NCBI GenBank assembly: GCA_028718635.1
Contig: JAQULK010000001.1
Span: 396,818-460,817 of the forward strand
Direction: 5' to 3'
Length of the DNA stretch: 64,000 bases
Source of the DNA: Minisyncoccota bacterium
GTDB taxonomy: Bacteria > Patescibacteriota > Minisyncoccia > Phycocordibacterales > UBA9973
Shown here: positions 17,629-28,442 of the stretch, one piece after another
Numbering within the stretch: position 1 is the first letter of the stretch
Layout: the number at the start of each line of letters is the position of its first letter
Notes under the pieces: generated by a model
Database searches by the model: none
Told to the model about the DNA's origin: nothing
What the model saw: only the letters and a program-made list of their open reading frames with translations
Program-made: the position numbers and the translations under genes

Positions 17629-18651
17629 ATGAAAAAAATACGAGTAGGTATAAATGGTTTTGGAAGGATTGGTAGAGCTTTTTTAAAGATTGCTTGGGAT
17701 AAGCCGGAGATTGAGATTGTGGCGGTGAATGACCTAGGGTCACTCGAAAGCCTTTCTTATTTATTAAAATATGACACCGTGTACAAGACCTGGTCTCACG
17801 ATGTGAAGCACGATGCCGGTAATATTATTATTGACGGCAAAATGGTTAAATTCTTGTCGTTGAAAGATACCTCGAAACTGCCCTGGAAAGAACTCAACAT
17901 TGATCTAGTCGTAGAGTCTACGGGACTTTTTACTTCTTATGAAAAAGCAAAATTTCATATTGATCAAGGTGCAAAGAAAGTTGTGATTTCAGCACCATCA
18001 AAAGGAGATGTGGGAGGAGCTCACGGCGAGACTATTTTATTGGGTGTGAATGAAGAAAAATTTGGTACATGTGACATTACTTCAAACGCTTCTTGTACGA
18101 CCAATGCAGCCAGTCCTCTTATCGCAATACTCTTTGAAGAGATTGGCATAGAGAAAGCAATCTTAAATACTGTGCATGGATATACTGCATCTCAAGCGCT
18201 TGTCGATGGACCAAGTAAAAAAGATTTGCGTGAAGGACGAGCTGCTGCGCAAAACATTGTGCCTTCTTCTACTGGGGCGGCTGTGGCGGTGACAGAGGCA
18301 TTTCCTGCCTTGACGGGTTTGTTTGACGGTATCTCTATTCGGGTGCCTGTGCCAGCTGGGTCAATCGTAGATATTACATTTATTGCAAATAAAAATACAA
18401 GTGTAGAAGAAGTAAATAAAATATTAAAAAAACAAGCTGGTTCAGATAAGTGGAAAAATATTTTTTCAGTTACAGAAGAGCCCCTTGTGTCCTCGGATAT
18501 TTTAGGGAGCAAATATGCTTCAATCGCAGACCTTGCCATGACGCGCGTCGTCGGAGGCAATTTAGTAAAAGTGATGGCTTGGTATGATAATGAGATGGGG
18601 TATACCCATACGTTGGTGGACCATGTTATTAAGACAGGGAACACTGTATAA
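17629..18651 (+). CDS. gap: Glyceraldehyde-3-phosphate dehydrogenase type I
   Basis: GINGFGRIGR, SNASCTTN, WYDNE. Confidence 0.97.
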   Translation: MKKIRVGINGFGRIGRAFLKIAWDKPEIEIVAVNDLGSLESLSYLLKYDTVYKTWSHDVKHDAGNIIIDGKMVKFLSLKDTSKLPWKELNIDLVVESTGLFTSYEKAKFHIDQGAKKVVISAPSKGDVGGAHGETILLGVNEEKFGTCDITSNASCTTNAASPLIAILFEEIGIEKAILNTVHGYTASQALVDGPSKKDLREGRAAAQNIVPSSTGAAVAVTEAFPALTGLFDGISIRVPVPAGSIVDITFIANKNTSVEEVNKILKKQAGSDKWKNIFSVTEEPLVSSDILGSKYASIADLAMTRVVGGNLVKVMAWYDNEMGYTHTLVDHVIKTGNTV

Positions 18652-18666
18652 TAAAAACAATACTTG

Positions 18667-18732
18667 TCCCGTTATAAATTCAACAAATGGGACACAGTAG
18701 ATAAAAATTATTAATTAAAATTTATAATGGGA
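18667..18732. mobile_element. Short degenerate TCCCG-type element ending in the rpiB ATG
   Basis: tcccgttataaatt / aatttataatggga inverted ends. Confidence 0.55.
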
Positions 18733-19217
18733 TGAAAATTTATATTGGAACAGATCATGCAGGGTACGTATTAAAAGAGGCTCTTGTGGTTTTTTTAAAA
18801 ACTCAAGGGCATGAAGTCATAGATGAAGGTGCGTATGATTATGACGAAAATGATGATTATCCGGATTTCATTTCCAAAGTTGCCCGAGCTGTCTCTAAAG
18901 ACGTGCATGATTCAACAAAAGTAAGAGGCATTATTTTAGGAGGTACTGGACAAGGAGAGGCAATAGTCGCCAATAGATTCCCCTATGTAAGAGCTATCGT
19001 TTATTACGGTAGAGCAACAGCAGTGGTGGAAGCTGAGTCAGGAATTCTCGCTAGATCAAGAGCGCACAATGACGCCAATATTCTTTCCTTGGGCGCTCGA
19101 TATTTTACCGAAGCGGATTTGGTAGAAATTGTTAACTTTTGGTTAAATGCCCCGTATAGCGGAGATGAAAGACATATTCGTCGTTTGGCAAAAATAGATG
19201 AGTTAAAAATAGACTAA
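18732..19217 (+). CDS. rpiB: Ribose-5-phosphate isomerase B family
   Basis: GTDHAG, DYPD, GGTGQG, HNDANILSLG. Confidence 0.9.
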   Translation: MKIYIGTDHAGYVLKEALVVFLKTQGHEVIDEGAYDYDENDDYPDFISKVARAVSKDVHDSTKVRGIILGGTGQGEAIVANRFPYVRAIVYYGRATAVVEAESGILARSRAHNDANILSLGARYFTEADLVEIVNFWLNAPYSGDERHIRRLAKIDELKID

Positions 19218-19220
19218 ATT

Positions 19221-19916
19221 ATGGCAGAAATAATTCCGGCAATTTTAGAAAAAGATTATGAAAACTTAAAAAATAAAATTGCTTTAGCGCGAGGCGTGGC
19301 GCCTGTGGTGCAAATAGATCTTTGTGATGGAATTTTTGTGCCTACTCGCACTTGGCCGTTTTCTTCCGGTGGTGGAGCAGATCTCCATTTTCAAAGAATT
19401 TTGAATGAACAAGAAGGAATGCCTTTTTGGGAAGACATTGATTTTGAGCTTGATTTAATGGTGGCTGACGCTGTGGAAAATTTCGATATTTATACCAAGC
19501 TCGGTCCAAAGAGAATAATATTTCATATTGAGGCTGTGGGGGAAATTGAAAGTTTCCATCATTTCTTAGAAGGAATAGATATGTATATTAGAGATTGTAT
19601 CGAAATAGGTATCGCTATAAATCCGTCAACACCACTTGAGCAAATTTATCCATTGATTTCTTCTGTAGATTTTGTGCAATGTATGGGAAACGATATCATA
19701 GGACATAAAGGGATTCCCTTAGATGAACAGGTTTATGAAAAAATTAAAATTTTAAGAGAGAAGTACCCTGATCTACCTATTGCAATTGACATCGGTGTCA
19801 ACAAAACAACAGCGCCACTTTTAATCAAAGCAGGAGCGACAAAACTTGTTGCCGGTTCGGCTATTTTTAATGTTGATGATATAATTGGAACGATAGAAGA
19901 ATTTGAAAGCTTATAA
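19221..19916 (+). CDS. rpe: Ribulose-phosphate 3-epimerase
   Basis: IDLCDG.FV, INPST, GA..LVAGS; context next to rpiB/tkt. Confidence 0.85.
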   Translation: MAEIIPAILEKDYENLKNKIALARGVAPVVQIDLCDGIFVPTRTWPFSSGGGADLHFQRILNEQEGMPFWEDIDFELDLMVADAVENFDIYTKLGPKRIIFHIEAVGEIESFHHFLEGIDMYIRDCIEIGIAINPSTPLEQIYPLISSVDFVQCMGNDIIGHKGIPLDEQVYEKIKILREKYPDLPIAIDIGVNKTTAPLLIKAGATKLVAGSAIFNVDDIIGTIEEFESL

Positions 19917-19920
19917 AAAC

Positions 19921-20760
19921 ATGCTTACTGAAGAAAAAATTTTGGAGTTGGAAAAGAAGGCGAACGAGATTCGCATCTCTATTATTGAAATGCTTATGGA
20001 GGCGGGGAGTGGACATACTGCTGGGCCTCTCGGGATGGCGGATATTTTTACTCTTTTTTATTTTCATATTCTTAAACATGATCCCAAAAATCCTTCTTGG
20101 GAAGAACGGGATAGAGTGGTGCTTTCTAATGGTCATATTTGCCCAGTGTTGTATTCGGTAATGGCGCATGCTGGATATTTCCCAGTTGAAGAATTGAAAA
20201 CCTTAAGAAAATTTGGCACTAGGCTTCAAGGGCATCCTCATAGGGAATATCTGCCATATATGGAAACTTCTTCTGGCCCGCTCGGCTCTGGTCTTTCACA
20301 AGCAGTCGGTATGGCACTTGCTGACAAGATAGATGGTAAAGACAAAGATAGATTTATTTATTGTTTTATGTCTGATGGAGAGATGGACGAAGGAAATACT
20401 TGGGAAGCAATCATGCTTGCAGGGAAAAATAAATTACATAATTTGATTGCAGTTGTCGATAGAAATAACATTCAGATTGAAGGATATACCGAAGATGTAA
20501 TGCCTCTTGAACCTTTTCACGCAAAATGGAAAAGTTTTAATTGGCACGTGATAGAAGTTTCCGGACACGATTTTAGATCATTGAATGAAGTGATAGAAGA
20601 AGCGCAAGCTATCTATGAAAAGCCGACGGTCATAATAGCGCATACCATACCAGGCAAAGGCGTAAAAGAATTTGAAAGAAATTATAAATGGCATGGCAAG
20701 GCTCCAAACAAAGAAGAGGGGGAGATGGCAATAAAAGAATTGCGGGAAGTAAGATTTTAA
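19921..20760 (+). CDS. Transketolase N-terminal subunit
   Basis: SGH, DR.VLSNGH, LQGHP, SDGEMDEG..WEA. Confidence 0.93.
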   Translation: MLTEEKILELEKKANEIRISIIEMLMEAGSGHTAGPLGMADIFTLFYFHILKHDPKNPSWEERDRVVLSNGHICPVLYSVMAHAGYFPVEELKTLRKFGTRLQGHPHREYLPYMETSSGPLGSGLSQAVGMALADKIDGKDKDRFIYCFMSDGEMDEGNTWEAIMLAGKNKLHNLIAVVDRNNIQIEGYTEDVMPLEPFHAKWKSFNWHVIEVSGHDFRSLNEVIEEAQAIYEKPTVIIAHTIPGKGVKEFERNYKWHGKAPNKEEGEMAIKELREVRF

Positions 20761-20775
20761 AATTATTTTATTTTT

Positions 20776-21774
20776 ATGTTGAATCCGAAATTAAAATTGA
20801 ATCCCAAAATTTTCAATGACGATGTCGAACAGGTCCCCATACGTAAAGGTTTCGGGCAGGGGCTGTTGATAGCGGGTGGGGTTAGTGAAAATGTCGTAGG
20901 ACTTTGCGCCGACCTGACAGAAAGCACTCAAATGAATTTATTTGCGGAAAAATTTCCCAATAGATTTATCCAAGTCGGAGTAGCAGAACAAAACCTAGTA
21001 ACAGTGGCTTCGGGTATGGCAGCTATGGGCAAGATTCCTTTTTGTTCTTCTTATGCGATGTTTTCTCCCGGGAGAAATTGGGAACAAATCAGAACAACAA
21101 TAACTTACAATGATAGGCCGGTAAAAATCGTGGGCTCTCATTCGGGTATTTCTGTGGGTCCTGATGGCGGTACGCACCAAGCGCTTGAAGACATAGCTTT
21201 GATGCGGGTGATGCCGAACGTTGACGTCATTTCTCCTTGTGACGCCCTTGAAGCTAAAAAAGCGACAATAGCGCTTGCAAAAACGGGGAAACCAGCATAC
21301 TTGCGTCTTGTTCGTGAAAAAACGCCAATCATTACCACGGAGGAAACTCCTATGCAAATAGGTAAAGCAGAAATTTTTTGGATGCCGGATGTAGGGTTGG
21401 CCCAGGTGGGAATAATCGTTACTGGCGGACTCATGTCGCACGCGCTTTTTGCCGCCAAAGAATTAGAGCAAGAAGGCATAAAAACAAAAGTGATGAATTT
21501 ATCAAGTATAAAACCAATAGATTCTGAAGCAATTGTCGCTTTAGCAAAAGAATGTAAAGCAATAGTGACAGCAGAAGAACATCAAATTGCCGGAGGCATG
21601 GGTTCGGCTGTAGCAGAGGTTTTAGCGGCCAATTATCCAACTGCCATTGAATTCATCGGTGTGCATGACCGATTCGGCCAATCCGGTACTCCAAAAGAAC
21701 TTATCGAACATTATGGTATGGGCAAAAATTCTATCAAAGAAGCGGTGAGGAAAGTTTTAAAAAGAAAAATTTAA
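20776..21774 (+). CDS. Transketolase C-terminal subunit
   Basis: GVAEQN, GPDGGTHQALED, EEHQIAGG. Confidence 0.93.
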   Translation: MLNPKLKLNPKIFNDDVEQVPIRKGFGQGLLIAGGVSENVVGLCADLTESTQMNLFAEKFPNRFIQVGVAEQNLVTVASGMAAMGKIPFCSSYAMFSPGRNWEQIRTTITYNDRPVKIVGSHSGISVGPDGGTHQALEDIALMRVMPNVDVISPCDALEAKKATIALAKTGKPAYLRLVREKTPIITTEETPMQIGKAEIFWMPDVGLAQVGIIVTGGLMSHALFAAKELEQEGIKTKVMNLSSIKPIDSEAIVALAKECKAIVTAEEHQIAGGMGSAVAEVLAANYPTAIEFIGVHDRFGQSGTPKELIEHYGMGKNSIKEAVRKVLKRKI

Positions 21775-21875
21775 AATAGAACTTTTTTCGGTACGGATTT
21801 TTTGAAGCTTAAAAAATCCTGAAGTTTTCGGCTCGACAGCCTCAAAACCCCTTCAAAAGTTTATTTTAAATTTTT
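21765..21875 (+). repeat. Hairpin element family A, copy 1
   Basis: core ggtacggattttt..aaaaatcctgaagtt..aaacccct inside an AT-rich outer stem. Confidence 0.8.
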
Positions 21876-22867
21876 ACAGTTTTATAGCTTTCTGGTATAT
21901 TTTCTAGATATTCTTCCAATTTTTCTTTTGTCAAAAGTCCTCTTTGCGCTCCGACTTCTTGGACCACGGACATAGAGTTTATGCCTGCCCAAGCCAAAGC
22001 TTCAGGCAAAGTTTTACCCAATATGGTTGCAATTACAATAGTGGAGGAAAAAGCATCTCCAGCGCCGGTGCGTTCATGGGGAGGTTTTGGATCAGGGTAA
22101 GGGGGCATAAATAAGTACTCTGCGCCGTCAAAAGTATAAGCGCCTTTTGGTCCGTCTGTAATTATCACAGTCTTTGGCCCGAGAGAATAAATCTTTTGGA
22201 GTAATTCTTTGATTTCTCCGCTATCTAACCCTAATATTTTTTTTGCTTCCTCAACATTGCAGAAAAACATATCAGTATGTTTATAGAGTCTTTGCAATTT
22301 TTCTTTTCCCAATTTTATTTCAAATTTTCCCGGCTCGAAAGCGAATTTTGTTTCTGGATGGGCATCTAAATAGTCGGCTATAGTGTAATGAAAAGGAAAG
22401 GCTGTTTCATTTACAGAACTGAAATAAATCCATTTTGGTTCGTCAAATTCTGGCAAGCTGTATGGATAAATTTCATGTTTTATTAAAATAGTTCTTTCAG
22501 CTTCATACCATAGAACAAAATGTTGATTAGTTTTTATTCCAGAATTTATTTTTATCAACTCGGTGCCGACCCCGTCCTTTTTAAGTGAATCTAAACAATC
22601 TATTCCTGCTTTATCATCCCCAACGTTGGAAACGAGCTTTGTCTCAAGTCCTAGCCGAGCAGCTGCCACCGCAACATTGCCTGCATTACCTACGGCGGGG
22701 AGAGCAAAAACATCTTCGTATGGAACTTTGTCCGCAAAAGGCAGGCATATCTCGTAATCTTTATTGTCAGGAGTCCCCTTGATGCTTGCGTCTTTTAATT
22801 TAATAAAAACATCTATCACAATATCCCCAATTGCTAAAAAATCAATTTTTTTATTGTCTTCACTCAT
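21866..22867 (-). CDS. PfkB-family carbohydrate kinase
   Basis: GNAGNVAVAAARLG, TDGPKG, TGAGDAF. Confidence 0.9.
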   Translation of the reverse strand: MSEDNKKIDFLAIGDIVIDVFIKLKDASIKGTPDNKDYEICLPFADKVPYEDVFALPAVGNAGNVAVAAARLGLETKLVSNVGDDKAGIDCLDSLKKDGVGTELIKINSGIKTNQHFVLWYEAERTILIKHEIYPYSLPEFDEPKWIYFSSVNETAFPFHYTIADYLDAHPETKFAFEPGKFEIKLGKEKLQRLYKHTDMFFCNVEEAKKILGLDSGEIKELLQKIYSLGPKTVIITDGPKGAYTFDGAEYLFMPPYPDPKPPHERTGAGDAFSSTIVIATILGKTLPEALAWAGINSMSVVQEVGAQRGLLTKEKLEEYLENIPESYKTVKI

Positions 22868-22881
22868 GGTATCATTCTACC

Positions 22882-24207
22882 ATGTTTAAAAAACTGATTC
22901 TAGTGGGGTTTGTTTTTTTATTTTTGGGATTTAAGTTGGTATTAGCTACAGAAGTGACACCGATTATTTCTTATACTTTAAATGGAACTTCTTCCAATAT
23001 TGTGGCAAATCCTGTTGTTAATCCTGTAGAAATTAAGTTCTCTGCTAATGAAAACATACCTAATTGGGTTTCAATAAAAATTGAAAAAAACGATGATTCT
23101 AGTATTTATAAAACATTTTCTCCTAATTCTTGTGACGGCACCGCTTATTGTACTGAAACATGGAATGGTGCCATATCTCCTAAAAATAAAGTCTTAGTTG
23201 ATGGTATATATAATATTTCTGTTCATGTGAAGAAAGATGTTGCAAGCCCAGTTACTTACGATTTCATATTGACTTCGCCTTATACAATAACAGTTGATAG
23301 CTCTTTATCTACTCCGTTACCTGTCTCTGATTCACCTAGTAATGATTCAAATTCTTCAACCAACACTTCAACAACTCAGCCAGAACCCAAGCCAAAAGTG
23401 ATTGAAAATCCGACCATGAAAGTAAAAATTTTAGCCAATGCTTTAGCTTTTACCGGGCAACCGCTTGAAATAAAAACTAATGTCTTAGGGTTTTCCAATG
23501 AAAATGTTGTTCTCGGCAGGGCTTCGTGGAATTTTGGCGACGGCGGTTCGTTGGAACAAATAAATAATTTTGAAAAATTTTCTCATACTTATTATTATTC
23601 AGGCGAGTATGTTTTATTTTTGGAATACTACCAAAATAATTTTTCAAAAACCCCCGAAGCGACCAGCAAAATGGTGGTAAAAGTTCTTCCGACTTCTGTT
23701 TTTATTTCTAAAGTAGGGGATGCAAAAGATTTTTTTATTGAACTCTCAAACAATGCCAGCTCGGACATAGATATCTCAAATTGGGTCATTAATGCAAATG
23801 GAAAAATTTTTATTTTTCCCAAAAACAGCGTGATTATGTCTAAAAAACAAGTAATTGTTCCTGGTAAAATAACCGGATTTACCCAGAACGATCAAAACAA
23901 CTTAAAACTTTATTCTGGAACTGGTGAATTGATATCTGATTATAATGCGGAAATACAACCCCCTAAATCTCCCCATCAAAATATGACGAGTAAAGTTTCT
24001 ACAGCGGTTCAACCGCTGGGAAATTCAGGAACTATCAATTTACAAAGCAATGTTATGAATAGTAGCAGTGAAGACAATTACTCTGTGCCCATCATTCCCA
24101 TCGCTTCTTTTGTTTTTATTGGAGCTAGCGCGGGCGCAGTTTATTTTATTCGCCGGAAAAAAGCCGTTGTCCAAGAAGGGGATGATTTTGATATTTTAGA
24201 TGAATAA
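22882..24207 (+). CDS. Secreted/membrane-anchored surface protein with PKD and lamin-tail-like domains
   Basis: signal peptide, WNFGDG (PKD), FIEL.N..DIDISNW (LTD-like), C-terminal TM + RRKK. Confidence 0.7.
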   Translation: MFKKLILVGFVFLFLGFKLVLATEVTPIISYTLNGTSSNIVANPVVNPVEIKFSANENIPNWVSIKIEKNDDSSIYKTFSPNSCDGTAYCTETWNGAISPKNKVLVDGIYNISVHVKKDVASPVTYDFILTSPYTITVDSSLSTPLPVSDSPSNDSNSSTNTSTTQPEPKPKVIENPTMKVKILANALAFTGQPLEIKTNVLGFSNENVVLGRASWNFGDGGSLEQINNFEKFSHTYYYSGEYVLFLEYYQNNFSKTPEATSKMVVKVLPTSVFISKVGDAKDFFIELSNNASSDIDISNWVINANGKIFIFPKNSVIMSKKQVIVPGKITGFTQNDQNNLKLYSGTGELISDYNAEIQPPKSPHQNMTSKVSTAVQPLGNSGTINLQSNVMNSSSEDNYSVPIIPIASFVFIGASAGAVYFIRRKKAVVQEGDDFDILDE

Positions 24208-24208
24208 A

Positions 24209-24319
24209 AGTTACGAAACATAAACTTTTCTTTGGTACGGATTTTTCGAAGCTTGAAAAATCCTGAAGTTCTCGCGCCGTCGCGCTCGAAACCCCTTCGA
24301 AAAGTTATGTTTCGTAACT
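24209..24319 (+). repeat. Hairpin element family A, copy 2
   Basis: same core; outer stem agttacgaaacataa/ttatgtttcgtaact. Confidence 0.8.
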
Positions 24320-24396
24320 CACGATTATAATGCCCTTTGAAATAAGGGTTTTTTCTGCTAGAATAAAAAATAGGGCAAAAATTGTCCTCTTTTTAT

Positions 24397-26166
24397 ATGG
24401 AAAAAGATTTTTCAAATTTAGATGTTGGGTTGGTGCTCAAATATTATTGGCAGGTAATTAAGAATTTTAAATTCTCCTTTTTTTGCGTTCTTGTCTCCAC
24501 AACACTTTTTTCTGCTCTCGATATCTATATACCGCTCCAATTTTTAAAACTTTGGGATATTCTTAATACCAATAATTTTGCCGTCGTTTCGACTGCTAAA
24601 TCGATTATTATTCTGATATTAATATTGGGACTAATTGGCTGGGTGCTTCGCAGGACTTCTGGATTTTTCCTATCATATTTCGAATCAGGAGTGATGGCCG
24701 GCCTCCGAGAACAGGCTTTTTCTTATATGATCGGTCATTCCCATTCTTTTTTTGCAAATAATTTTTCAGGTTCATTAACCAGGAAAATAAATAAATATGC
24801 TAATGCTTTTGAAAAATTAACAGACAGAATGGCTGCCGATGCTTTACCGCTTTTTGTCCGCAGTATCGGCGTATTCATTGCTGTTTATTCTTTGATTCCG
24901 AAATATGCATATATTTTAGGAATATTCTGTTTAGTTTTTTTATTAACTGCCTTTTTTTATATTCGATTTAAAATTAAATATGATGTGATCTCAGCTTTGG
25001 CTGACACCAGAACCACAGGAGTTTTTGCTGATGCCATTGGCAATCATTCCTCAATCCAGATTTTTACTGGTCATAAGTATGAGGAAAATCGAACAAGAAA
25101 AATAATTCAAAAACAACGGAAAGCGACAGTCTTTAATTGGTATTTATGGGAGGGACTTAATGCCATTCAAAGTTTTTATTCGGTCATCGTTCAATTTATT
25201 ATTTTTTGGGTAGCAATTAATGATTGGAGACTATCTCTCGTTACTTTACCCTTTATGGTATTACTTCAAAGTTATCTAGTTCGTTTGATTGATAGTTTAT
25301 GGAGTTTTGGCGGTATTGTGCGTACTTTTTATAACAGCTTTGCTGATGCTCAAGAAATGGCTATAGTTTTAGATTCGCCGTATGAAATAAGTGATAATGT
25401 AGAAAAAGTCGCGGAAAATATTAAAGGAGAAGTTGTTTTTAATAATGTTACTTACACATATAAAAATAATAAAAATAAAGTATTAGATAATTTTTCTTTA
25501 ACCATACCACCAGGACAAAAGATTGCATTGGTCGGTTCGTCTGGCGCCGGCAAGACGACCTTGGTTCGCTTATTGATGAGGTTGTTTAATATTCCTTCAG
25601 GGAAGATTACTATTGATGGAATTGATATCAGTAAAATTTCCCAAGAAAATCTTCGAGAGCAAATAGCTTTTGTTCCGCAAGACCCTGTTCTTTTTCATCG
25701 TACCTTGATGGAAAATATTCGTTATGGTAAAAGAAACGCCACAGACGAAGAAGTCATGAGAGCAGCCAAGCTCGCGCATTGTGATGAGTTTATTGATTCT
25801 TTGCCATTTCGCTATGAGACATACGTGGGAGAACGGGGAATAAAACTCTCGGGTGGGGAGCGTCAGAGGGTGGCTATCGCCCGCGCCATTATCAAAAATG
25901 CGCCGATTCTTATTTTAGATGAAGCTACTTCTTCGCTTGATTCCCATTCTGAATCTTTGATCCAAGATGCCCTTACTAAACTTATTGCCGGGAAAACTAC
26001 TATTGTTATCGCTCATCGACTTTCCACTATTAGGCAGATGGATAGAATAATCGTATTAGAAAAAGGAAAAATTGTCGAAGACGGAATCCACAGCGAACTG
26101 ATAAATAAAAAAGATGGATATTATAAAAAATTATGGGATCTTCAAGCGGGAGGATTTTTAGATTAA
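24397..26166 (+). CDS. ABC exporter, fused permease/ATPase
   Basis: TM domain, GSSGAGKT, LSGGERQR, LILDEATS. Confidence 0.92.
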   Translation: MEKDFSNLDVGLVLKYYWQVIKNFKFSFFCVLVSTTLFSALDIYIPLQFLKLWDILNTNNFAVVSTAKSIIILILILGLIGWVLRRTSGFFLSYFESGVMAGLREQAFSYMIGHSHSFFANNFSGSLTRKINKYANAFEKLTDRMAADALPLFVRSIGVFIAVYSLIPKYAYILGIFCLVFLLTAFFYIRFKIKYDVISALADTRTTGVFADAIGNHSSIQIFTGHKYEENRTRKIIQKQRKATVFNWYLWEGLNAIQSFYSVIVQFIIFWVAINDWRLSLVTLPFMVLLQSYLVRLIDSLWSFGGIVRTFYNSFADAQEMAIVLDSPYEISDNVEKVAENIKGEVVFNNVTYTYKNNKNKVLDNFSLTIPPGQKIALVGSSGAGKTTLVRLLMRLFNIPSGKITIDGIDISKISQENLREQIAFVPQDPVLFHRTLMENIRYGKRNATDEEVMRAAKLAHCDEFIDSLPFRYETYVGERGIKLSGGERQRVAIARAIIKNAPILILDEATSSLDSHSESLIQDALTKLIAGKTTIVIAHRLSTIRQMDRIIVLEKGKIVEDGIHSELINKKDGYYKKLWDLQAGGFLD

Positions 26167-26287
26167 TCCCGTTAGAAGCCGCGATCGCAATTTAAAAACA
26201 AACAAAAACATGAAATTAGAAATTATAAAAATTAATAATATTAAACATCAGATACGCGAGTTGATCGCGATCTGCTTCTAAACGGGA
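26167..26287. mobile_element. Start-codon-associated MITE-like element before lepA
   Basis: tcccgttagaagccgcgatc / gatcgcgatctgcttctaaacggga; last A is the A of the lepA ATG. Confidence 0.75.
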
Positions 26288-28170
26288 TGGATTTAAAACA
26301 CATTAGAAACTTTAGCATAATAGCGCACATTGACCACGGTAAAAGTACTTTAGCGGATAGAATGCTTGAAATTACGCATACAATAGAAACACGGAAAATG
26401 CGCAACCAGTTTTTAGACTCTATGGAACTGGAGCGCGAAAGAGGAATTACTATAAAAATGCAACCCGTTCGAATGGAATACACCCCTCCCCAAACCCCTC
26501 CCCAAAAGGGAGGGGCACCTTCTCTTTTGGAGAAGGCGGGGGAAGGGGTGTATATTTTAAATCTTATTGATACGCCCGGTCATATAGATTTTTCTTATGA
26601 AGTTTCTCGAGCATTAAAGGCGGTAGAGGGTTCTATTTTGCTTATTGACTCAACTCAAGGGGTGCAAGCGCAAACGCTTACCACTCTCGCTATGGCGCGA
26701 GAGGGAGGTCTTAAAATAATCCCAGTACTCTCTAAGATTGATTCGCCTTTATCCAGAGTTTCGGAGGTAAAAGATGAAGTAGTGGATCTTTTAAATTGCG
26801 ATCCGGATGAAATTTTATTAGTTTCTGGACGCACAGGAGAAGGAGTTGAAAATCTTCTTAAGGAAGTAATAAAACGAGTACCAGAACCAAAAGAAACCAT
26901 TTCGGACGTTGGACGTCTGGATTCCGGACGTCCAACGTCCGAAATCCTGCGCGCCTTAGTTTTTGATTTTAAATATTCAAATCATAGAGGGGTGATAGTT
27001 TTTGTGCGCGTCTTTGATGGAAAAGTCGCAAAGGGCGACAGTTTGGTTTTTGCAGTTTCTGGCGAGAAATTTACCGCTCTTGAAGTCGGAACTTTTTCTC
27101 CAGAAGAAACCCCGCGCGATTTTCTTTCTCCTGGGGACACGGGTTATATCGTCACTGGCATAAAGAAGCCCGGCATAGCATCCGTTGGAGATACTATTAC
27201 GATGTTTAAAAATCCTTTGCCTGCATTTGAGGGATATATGCAACCATTGCCCGTAGTGTGGGCGAGCGTTTTTCCAGAAGATGCGGATGATTTTGCAGAA
27301 TTAAAACTTGCTTTAGGAAAATTAAAACTTTCTGATTCAGCGTTTTCCTACGAAGAAGAATCTTCTGGGTCCTTGGGCAGGGGATTCAGATGCGGATTCT
27401 TAGGAATGCTTCATTTGGAAATTATCACTGAGAGACTAAAACGCGAATTTAATTTGGAATTAGTCATCACTACGCCTTCCATCACTTATGAAGTTTTGTT
27501 AAAAAATGGAAAAAGAGAAAAAGTTTATTCCCCGTTTCATTTTCCGGACGATGGCCTAATCGAGAAGGTTTTCGAGCCTTGGGTAAGTTTGAAGATTATT
27601 ACTCCAGTCCAATATGTCGGCAGTGTTATCCAACTTCTTTTTGACCATGAGGGAGAAGTAGGTGATACAGAGAATTTTGGAGACAATCGCTCTACTATCT
27701 CCGTGAAAATGCCCTTACGAGAGCTTATGCGGAATTTTTTCGATGAATTAAAAAGTATTTCTTCTGGTTATGCTTCAATTTCTTATTCCATTGGGGAATT
27801 GCGGGAGGCAAATGTCACTAGGCTTGATCTACTAGTAGCAGACGAAGTGGTGCCAGCTTTTTCTCGGGTGGTGGCTAAAAAGAGAGCTGAAGTTGAAGCA
27901 GAAAATGCCGTCTTAAAATTAGATAATTTATTGCCGAGACAAATGTTTACTTTGAAAATTCAAGGCCGAGCGCTTGGACGGATTATTTCTTCCCGCACGA
28001 AATTCGGCATGAAAAAGGATGTGACTCAGCATATGTATGGAGGCGATATTACGCGAAAAATGAAACTTCGAGAGAAACAAAAGAAAGGCAAAAAGAAGAT
28101 GAAGGAAAGGGGACGAGTGAACATTCCGCAAGATGTGTTTTTGAAAATGATGCGAACGGGGGAAAAGTAA
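26287..28170 (+). CDS. lepA: Elongation factor 4
   Basis: IRNFSIIAHIDHGKSTLADR, DTPGH, GFRCGFLGMLH; two palindromic in-frame inserts. Confidence 0.97.
   Translation: MDLKHIRNFSIIAHIDHGKSTLADRMLEITHTIETRKMRNQFLDSMELERERGITIKMQPVRMEYTPPQTPPQKGGAPSLLEKAGEGVYILNLIDTPGHIDFSYEVSRALKAVEGSILLIDSTQGVQAQTLTTLAMAREGGLKIIPVLSKIDSPLSRVSEVKDEVVDLLNCDPDEILLVSGRTGEGVENLLKEVIKRVPEPKETISDVGRLDSGRPTSEILRALVFDFKYSNHRGVIVFVRVFDGKVAKGDSLVFAVSGEKFTALEVGTFSPEETPRDFLSPGDTGYIVTGIKKPGIASVGDTITMFKNPLPAFEGYMQPLPVVWASVFPEDADDFAELKLALGKLKLSDSAFSYEEESSGSLGRGFRCGFLGMLHLEIITERLKREFNLELVITTPSITYEVLLKNGKREKVYSPFHFPDDGLIEKVFEPWVSLKIITPVQYVGSVIQLLFDHEGEVGDTENFGDNRSTISVKMPLRELMRNFFDELKSISSGYASISYSIGELREANVTRLDLLVADEVVPAFSRVVAKKRAEVEAENAVLKLDNLLPRQMFTLKIQGRALGRIISSRTKFGMKKDVTQHMYGGDITRKMKLREKQKKGKKKMKERGRVNIPQDVFLKMMRTGEK
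26478..26553. repeat. In-frame REP-like hairpin in lepA
   Basis: atacacccctcccc...gggggaaggggtgtat, read as TPPQTPPQKGGAPSLLEKAGEGV. Confidence 0.75.
26899..26945. repeat. In-frame palindrome in lepA
   Basis: atttcggacgttggacgtctggattccggacgtccaacgtccgaaat, read as ISDVGRLDSGRPTSEI. Confidence 0.8.
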
Positions 28171-28172
28171 TG

Positions 28173-28302
28173 AAATGCGAAACTCTTTCTTGGCACAAGT
28201 TTTCTGTCAGCACACATAAAAATCTGCTGATTTTTTGCTATGCTCGGCTACCCGCCTGCGCAATGCTTCCATAAAACTATGCCTGCGACGAGTTTCGCAT
28301 TT
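28173..28302 (+). repeat. Hairpin element family C, intergenic copy
   Basis: core tcagcac.cataa..ctgctga..ttgctatgctcggct..gcctgcgcaatgcttcc shared with 43677-43788; ends aaatgcgaaactc/gagtttcgcattt. Confidence 0.8.
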
Positions 28303-28310
28303 AAAATTAC

Positions 28311-28418
28311 CTACCTAAAAATCGGCGAGTAGAGCAGGATCATGCTGATGATAATCAGTATACTTACTACTGCCCAAACTATTTGTATTTTCTTTTGATG
28401 TTTTTTATTAAAAAGCAT
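28311..28418 (-). CDS. Small (35 aa) single-TM protein
   Basis: basic N-terminus followed by hydrophobic helix (MLFNKKHQKKIQIVWAVVSILIIISMILLY). Confidence 0.5.
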   Translation of the reverse strand: MLFNKKHQKKIQIVWAVVSILIIISMILLYSPIFR

Positions 28419-28442
28419 ACAATAAGGATAGCATATTATGAG